Positions 58,323 through 64,000 of a stretch of DNA of 64,000 nucleotides are shown piece after piece. The notes below the pieces were generated by a model that had not been told where the DNA came from, made no database searches, and was given only the letters and a program-made list of their open reading frames with translations. The stretch is from assembly GCA_030141605.1 (NCBI GenBank), contig JAQGDQ010000068.1, forward strand, positions 124,001 to 188,000, read 5' to 3'. The stretch comes from Tubiluchus corallicola. Its lineage: Eukaryota > Animalia > Priapulida. The stretch's first letter is position 1, and each line of letters begins with the position of its first letter. Both the position numbers and the translations under genes were made by a program.

Positions 58323-60286
58323 AAACAATACCCTAGGCGCGAACCTATGGGTGGAGACCTTTCGCTCGACGTATATGCCTAGGGTATTATTTTTTTAATT
58401 TGGTCCACGGGGAGGAACGAGGGGTGAAAAACCTCCAAAAAATGCCTCTTTTGACCGTTTTTTGCAAAAGTTATACTTCTTAAATCCAGAGAATCGGAAT
58501 GCGGGGAAGGTGCTGGACCTGGTTAGCTGGCCTGTTCAACAGTGGGTGTTATAGTCATATTTTGGTTTCGCAGAAGGACCATGGCATCCCGTAATTGGCG
58601 CTTTCCCAGAACCAAATTTTTTTAAAATTTTGACCAAACAGCCTATAGAAAAAACATCCTAGCAGCATTTGGTGTGACTCTTGGAAGGAGATATATGACT
58701 CTTTAGAAAGAGGAAGAACAGGGCTATACGACAGTGTGGGCTACATTTTAGGACACCTGCACTGTGTGGTGTTGTGACGAGTTGATTGGAGGTTCCACTT
58801 CAGGCTATTTTTGCTTCGAAAACTGCTGATGCAATATACTCTTAACTATAACTTTAATTCAGTAAAAGCTGCTGCTGGCTGTTATTATACAGTGGCATAA
58901 TGTTAGCCTTTTACGATCAAAAGAAGTGGTTTGCAAACACTGTGTAGAACGCCCTTATATTATTGATCATTGGTGGATGGATGTAATAGCATTAGTCATA
59001 GCACACAGTTTTTGCTCTGTGCAAAATTTTTTGCAAGATTTTGCTATGATGCTCTGCTGTTGGGGTTGAATGTGTAGTCGTCATTGTCACCACCACCGGT
59101 CATCATGATCACCCAGTGATGTGGATTGTGTGGTGGGTGTGGTGTGTATGATGTTGATGGAGTGCTGTGGGTGGTGTGTTACAGTTTTGTGAGTGATGTT
59201 AATGCACCGCTGTGGTGTGGTGTGGTGGGTTGTTGTTGCGAGTTCATGTGCAAAATTCTTTTTGCTGGGTTTGTCTAGTCGTATATATTAACTTTGGTGG
59301 TGCCTATATATATATAGGCGTACATATAGTCGATGTGGCTACAGCTCCAACATCGGTGCCATTTTCAACGATTTATATGTCAAATGAAAGGTCTCCACGC
59401 ATAGGTTCGCACTGGGGGTTTATTTTTCAAATTGGGACCACTGGGAGAAACAGGAGGGGTGAAAAACCACCAAAACGGCCATTTTTCGGCCGTTTTTGCA
59501 AAACTTACACCTCTTATCTCTAGGGAACGGGAAACATGTCGAGAGCCATGCCAGTGATGATTTGATAGCCTGTTCGATGGTGGGTGTTATAGGTGTATCT
59601 AGAATTCCTGGAAGGGCCATGGTATCTCGTAACTTGTATTTTCCCGGACCCAACCATGCAAATTTTGCAGAAAACTGCTCAAACAGCCTGTAGAAACATT
59701 CAATTTGTGCAACTGTTTGGGCATGTTGGGAAAAAAAGTAGAAGAGGACGAAACTTGTAGAAGAGGACGAAACGGTCCATAAAATGTTGAAGGTTTTATT
59801 GGGAGAGAGGTCCACTAGATGAAATGGGTTGGGTGTATTTCAAAGTTCTATTTCAACCCCACTAAGCTGCACGCTATTTGGAACATCCATCGTCCCTGAG
59901 TTTGAGAAATTTTGCGGCTGTTCCAGGCATTGTTGTCACCCACCGTTCTACAGTGTTATTGATTTTACATGTAAATAAGTTGTGTTAGTCTAATTATCAT
60001 TAACATCAACATCATGATCACCGTGGGTGTTGTATGGGTGTCGTGATGCACTGTAGATGGTGTGGTAGGCTGTGTGTGGGATTGGTGGAGTGGTTTGGTG
60101 TGGTCTGGGTGGTGTGATGTTCATTGTGTGGTGTGGTGTGGTATGGATAATCTGGTGGGTGGTAGGATGTGGGCAGTGTGATGTGTTATGTGGGTGGTGT
60201 GGTGTTGCGGTATGTGGGAGGTATGGTGTGGTGCGGTGTGGGTTATTGTTGTGAGTTTATGCGCAAAATTGGTGGTGTTTGGCTAG
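56530..60286 (+). mobile_element. Head-to-tail tandem array of non-autonomous Helitrons: partial unit (56530-57120), unit A (57121-58265), unit B (58266-59278), unit C (59279-60286)
   Basis: CTAG|TC junctions at 58265/58266 and 59278/59279, final CTAG|T at 60286; each end is preceded by a GCAAAATT hairpin arm; each head has (TA)n and homology to 35911-36500; GT-rich low-complexity tails. Confidence 0.85.
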
Positions 60287-61348
60287 TTTGGTATTATTAC
60301 TCGATATGATTGAAACATTCCTTGTTGATACCTTTGGGTGACCCCAGGTGGGCCAAAATTTTGGCAGTTTCAAAAACTCTAGCATTACAACATTTTCTCT
60401 ATGTTGCATGTGTTTGGTCTCAAAATTGTCAAACAATATGCATTTTATCTGTTTTGGAAGAAATGGTCATTTTTACACCCTAATAACTGCCCTAAGACCT
60501 TGCAAACCATAGCAAATACTGGACTTTTGAAAGGTCATATAATCTACTGTCCAAAATTGCTTTAAAAACATTTTGTTTTTCTGCATACATCATGTAGATT
60601 TTTAGCAAAACCCACATAACATGAACATTCACAATCCTCTGGGTAGCCAACCTTTCAATACTAAGTCATTCATTTTGACACATGACTGACACAGGACGTA
60701 AAGAGAAGACAGTGGAACCTGTAGGTTTGTGTCTTTCGTTTGTCTAAAATAAGGTTCTGGGGGTCCAGAGCAAACGGGTTACCACGGGTTTTAGAAGGTC
60801 TTTCCTGTATCACTGATTATTACTATTTGTAGCAGCCTAAACCAGAACAAGTATGCCACAGAGATCAGGGAGGAGAATGGGCCTTCAATACAGACAGTCA
60901 TTTGGACTAAGGCTGTTCATCTTAATCTTTGTGGATGCATCGTAGTTTGGATGCTAGTTTCGACTGTAGTACGGTTGAGCAAGGAATTTCTTGGCTTAAT
61001 ATATCCCCTAAGAAAAATCCTATTTGGATTCAAACAAGTATATTCTGGTTGGATTACATGTTTCTGTGCTTGTAGCAAATGATAGTCAAATCCAAACAGC
61101 AAATTGACAACAGCTTTTTTGGCATGCATCGGAAGTGTGTCAGCTAGTTTTGGACCAAATTTTTCTTTCGGCCAACCTTTTCTAAATTTGGTACAGCCAA
61201 AATAGGTTCGAAAAATTTCGTTCGGGTCTGGTTCAATAAAATTTGGTTTTGGTGCATCCCTATATTATTGTAGAGAACAGGAAAACCCACAAGGTACATT
61301 GGCCAAGTAGAAGGATTTATGTTTACGCTTTCCACAGTAGTGGCAGTA

Positions 61349-63421
61349 CAGTGGACTCTCGTTACAAGAATCAGCTCGATATAAGAATCAAAATCGCGTT
61401 TCCCGAATTGAATCGGCATTTTCCTAGTGAAAATCCGCTCGTATAAGAATCACCCTTCTTTCGACAGTAGAATCAATTTTGGCACCAACTCCATTGTTTC
61501 TCACGCCCTGCCTACATGGTTCTGTGCAGTGGGCGTGGCGGACACCACAGAGATTTCAAATTTGTTTGTTTGCGTGTCAGTCAGTTGAAAAATGGCATCC
61601 AAACGGATAAGCACAAGTGTGAGTGAAAAGGTGAAAATCATCGCCGCTTATGACGCGCTTCCGAGGGTTGGCCAGCGAGAAGCCGTGCAGCTGTTGGTTG
61701 GACAAGGTTTCGAAGGTCTCAACCAGTCATGTCTCTCGAAGATCCTGAAGGAGCGCAATATCCTATCCAGCACTTCACCAGCATTGAAGAGGAAGAGAAT
61801 GGGGAAGTGGATTAAGCTGGAAGTGGCACTAGACATGTGGATCAAAAATGCACGAGACAAAGACACTCCACTCTCAGGCCCAGTCATCAAAGCAAAAGCC
61901 GAAAACTTTGCCAAAGAATTCGGAATTGCTGATTTCAAAGCGTCAGATGGCTGGTTCACCAATTTCAAGAAACGAAATGATCTGATTTTCAAGCCACTGC
62001 ATGGAGAAGCGGCAGCAGCAGATGCAGAGGGGAAAGATACTGGCTAGTGAATGTGTGGCCTGAACTTCGCAAGAAATACGCTCCTCGTCAAATCTGGAAC
62101 TGTGACGAGACAGGCCTCTATCATCGCGCCCTTCCAGACAGCACATTCATACTCAGGGACGAAAAGAAGGCTGGAGGGAAGAGCAAAGAACATTTGACTG
62201 TTCTGTTCTGTGTCAGCTGGACGGGAGAGAAGAGAATTCCTTTCGTCATTGCAAATAGCGCTAAGCCACGATGCTTCACCGGCATAAAGAAGCTGCCAGC
62301 ATGCTACCGAGCTAACAAAATAGCGTGGATGACAGGCCAGCTTTTCACTGAATGGCTTCAAGAGTGGGATCAAGAACTTCGACGCAAGGGAGAGAAGGTG
62401 CTGCTGCTGTTGGACAACTGTTCAGCCCATCCAAAAGAGCAGCTTGACAACATCGAGTTGGCATTCTTGCCGCCAAACACGACATCTCTCTTGCAACCAC
62501 TGGACCAGGGCATCATTCGGGCATTCAAAGCCCACTTCAGGCGCAGCATAATGATGGCCGTGCTAAATGAGATTGACAACGGAAGCGCATCAGATGCTAC
62601 GACACTCGCCAACAAAATCAATGTTCTGGATGCGCTGATTAAACTGAAAGTTGCTTGGGAATCTGTCAAAACCGAAACCATTGTGAATTGTTGGCGACGA
62701 GGAGGACAGGATGACGGCAATGTGAAAGATCCAACAATTGATGACGCTGTTCTGTCCACCCCAATGGATGTTAACCTGGAGCAGTGGGAAGCATTCATCG
62801 ACATCGATGTTGACCTTCAAGTGACTGAGAAGATGACAGACAAATGCATTGTCGAAGAAGTGGCGAGACAGTTCCACCCCGAGAAGGCAGAGAACGACAG
62901 TGACAGCAGCGATGATGAAGAGGAAGTTGCAATCCCCACACGGAAGGAAATGATGAAACACTTCAATAAGCTGAAACTCGGATTGGTGGCACGAGGCTTC
63001 GAGGACAACCTTCAATTGAAACAGTTGGGAGCCGAAATTGACCGCCTCACCAGAGGAGAAATGAAGCAAAGCAAGCTATCAATATTTTTCAAGCAGTAGA
63101 TGTAGAGTTTTCTGTCGTCTCCAGCACAATTTCGGAAAAAAAATTATGTGCATTGAAAAAATTTTAAGGCAATTCTGGCATCATGAAATATTTACCCAAC
63201 CATGAAATAAAAACATTAGTCTAGGAATTTTTAGGTCCTTTTTAGGCCAGAAAAACATTATGCTGTTTCATGTCGTTTCTAGCATAATTTCGGGAAATAA
63301 ATAATTTCTATGAGCATAAAAAATTTTAAAGCAATTCTGGGTCATGCTCGTTATAAGAATCGCTCGCTATAAGAATCACTTTGCCTTCTCCCGAGGTGAT
63401 TCTTATAACGAGAGTCCACTG
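61349..63421 (+). mobile_element. Tigger/pogo DNA transposon, full length (2073 bp)
   Basis: 25-bp TIR CAGTGGACTCTCGTTA(C/T)AAGAATCA with one mismatch, TA duplication on both sides, sub-terminal CTCG.TATAAGAATC repeats. Confidence 0.97.
61592..63099 (+). pseudogene. Tigger transposase (CENP-B-type HTH plus DDE_1, DD29D) with a single frameshift near 62030-62045
   Basis: PLSGPVIKAKA, FKASDGWFTNFKKR, LHGEA in ORF 61592-62047; WNCDETGL, LLLDNCSAH, LPPNTTSLLQPLDQGII and C-terminal QSKLSIFF in ORF 62047-63099 (-1 frame). Confidence 0.93.
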
Positions 63422-64000
63422 TATTTACTTTCTTCTATAGTTTTGAACTACAGCAACAATTTTGGAATGTGGCTAGGGCAAATCCAGGTCAATCGCATGC
63501 CTGAATGTTAGCCATCCAGGCATGGAAAAAATCTTTGTCAGGAGGTAAATCTGTAAGTGAGTATACGGTTTGGTGACTTCTAAGATGGAGAGCCCTGTGG
63601 TCATGAAACTCACAGTGCACATTCCTCAGTACGGAAACTTTGTTCATAATGACTTGAGAATCCCAGGCAAAGGTCATGGAATGGGAGGGTCTCGATTTTT
63701 TGTTACTCTGTATCTCTTAGTTCTTAATGTAGGGCCACAATCTTTGGCATATGACTAAGTGAGGTCAATCACTATCACTGAAAACAGCCATAAGGGTATC
63801 AGAAAATTTTCCAACTGGGGGACTGAAACTGAATGGGGGATCAGCAAGGCAAATCTTTCCAGTACTGAGCAGCAGTAGATTGTACAACCTCAAATGAAAG
63901 GTCTAGAGGAAGTGAATTCTACGGTACGAGTTACGCCAAAATTGGTTGGCCACTGACACGAGGTAATGGGTCAAAAATGAAAGTTCCGATTTTGATACCT

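Noticed and set aside
56840-60254. His/Thr/Pro-rich and Val/Trp/Cys-rich ORFs (56840-57124, 57801-58240, 58074-58265, 60072-60254)
   Set aside because: Arise from GT-rich low-complexity tails of the Helitron units; no protein family signal.
62025-62047. Programmed -1 frameshift in the Tigger transposase
   Set aside because: The zero-frame codons are GAG GGG AAA GAT, so GGGAAAG is not in X XXY YYZ register; a 1-nt deletion or sequencing error is simpler.
61648-63069. Antisense ORFs over the transposase (114, 109, 144, 159 aa) and 52912-53178 over the 722-aa gene
   Set aside because: Shadow ORFs of real coding sequence on the opposite strand.

Overview
AT-rich animal (invertebrate-type) genomic DNA; most of the short ORFs in the supplied track are spurious. 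Main contents: (1) a complete discoidin domain receptor tyrosine kinase gene (Ddr) on the + strand, reconstructed by hand as 17 phase-compatible GT-AG coding exons from 18472 to 34888 (2796 nt, 931 aa), preceded by about 18 kb of non-coding DNA that probably holds 5' UTR exons; (2) a convergent, single-coding-exon 722-aa uncharacterised gene on the - strand (51384-53552) with three repeats that look SKI/Dachshund-like; (3) a nested cluster of decayed retroelements between them (41-48 kb); (4) a non-autonomous Helitron family, present as one solo copy (35911-37690) and as a head-to-tail tandem array (about 56530-60286); (5) a nearly intact Tigger/pogo DNA transposon (61349-63421). The most unusual signal is a ~45-bp Helitron sub-terminal motif (GCGATCTATATATCAAACGAAAGGTCT...) that is rearranged twice independently: as an isolated 38-bp-arm palindrome at a TE-TE junction (46512-46588) and as a local inversion in one array unit (58321-58388). 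All calls are by eye; no searches were run.
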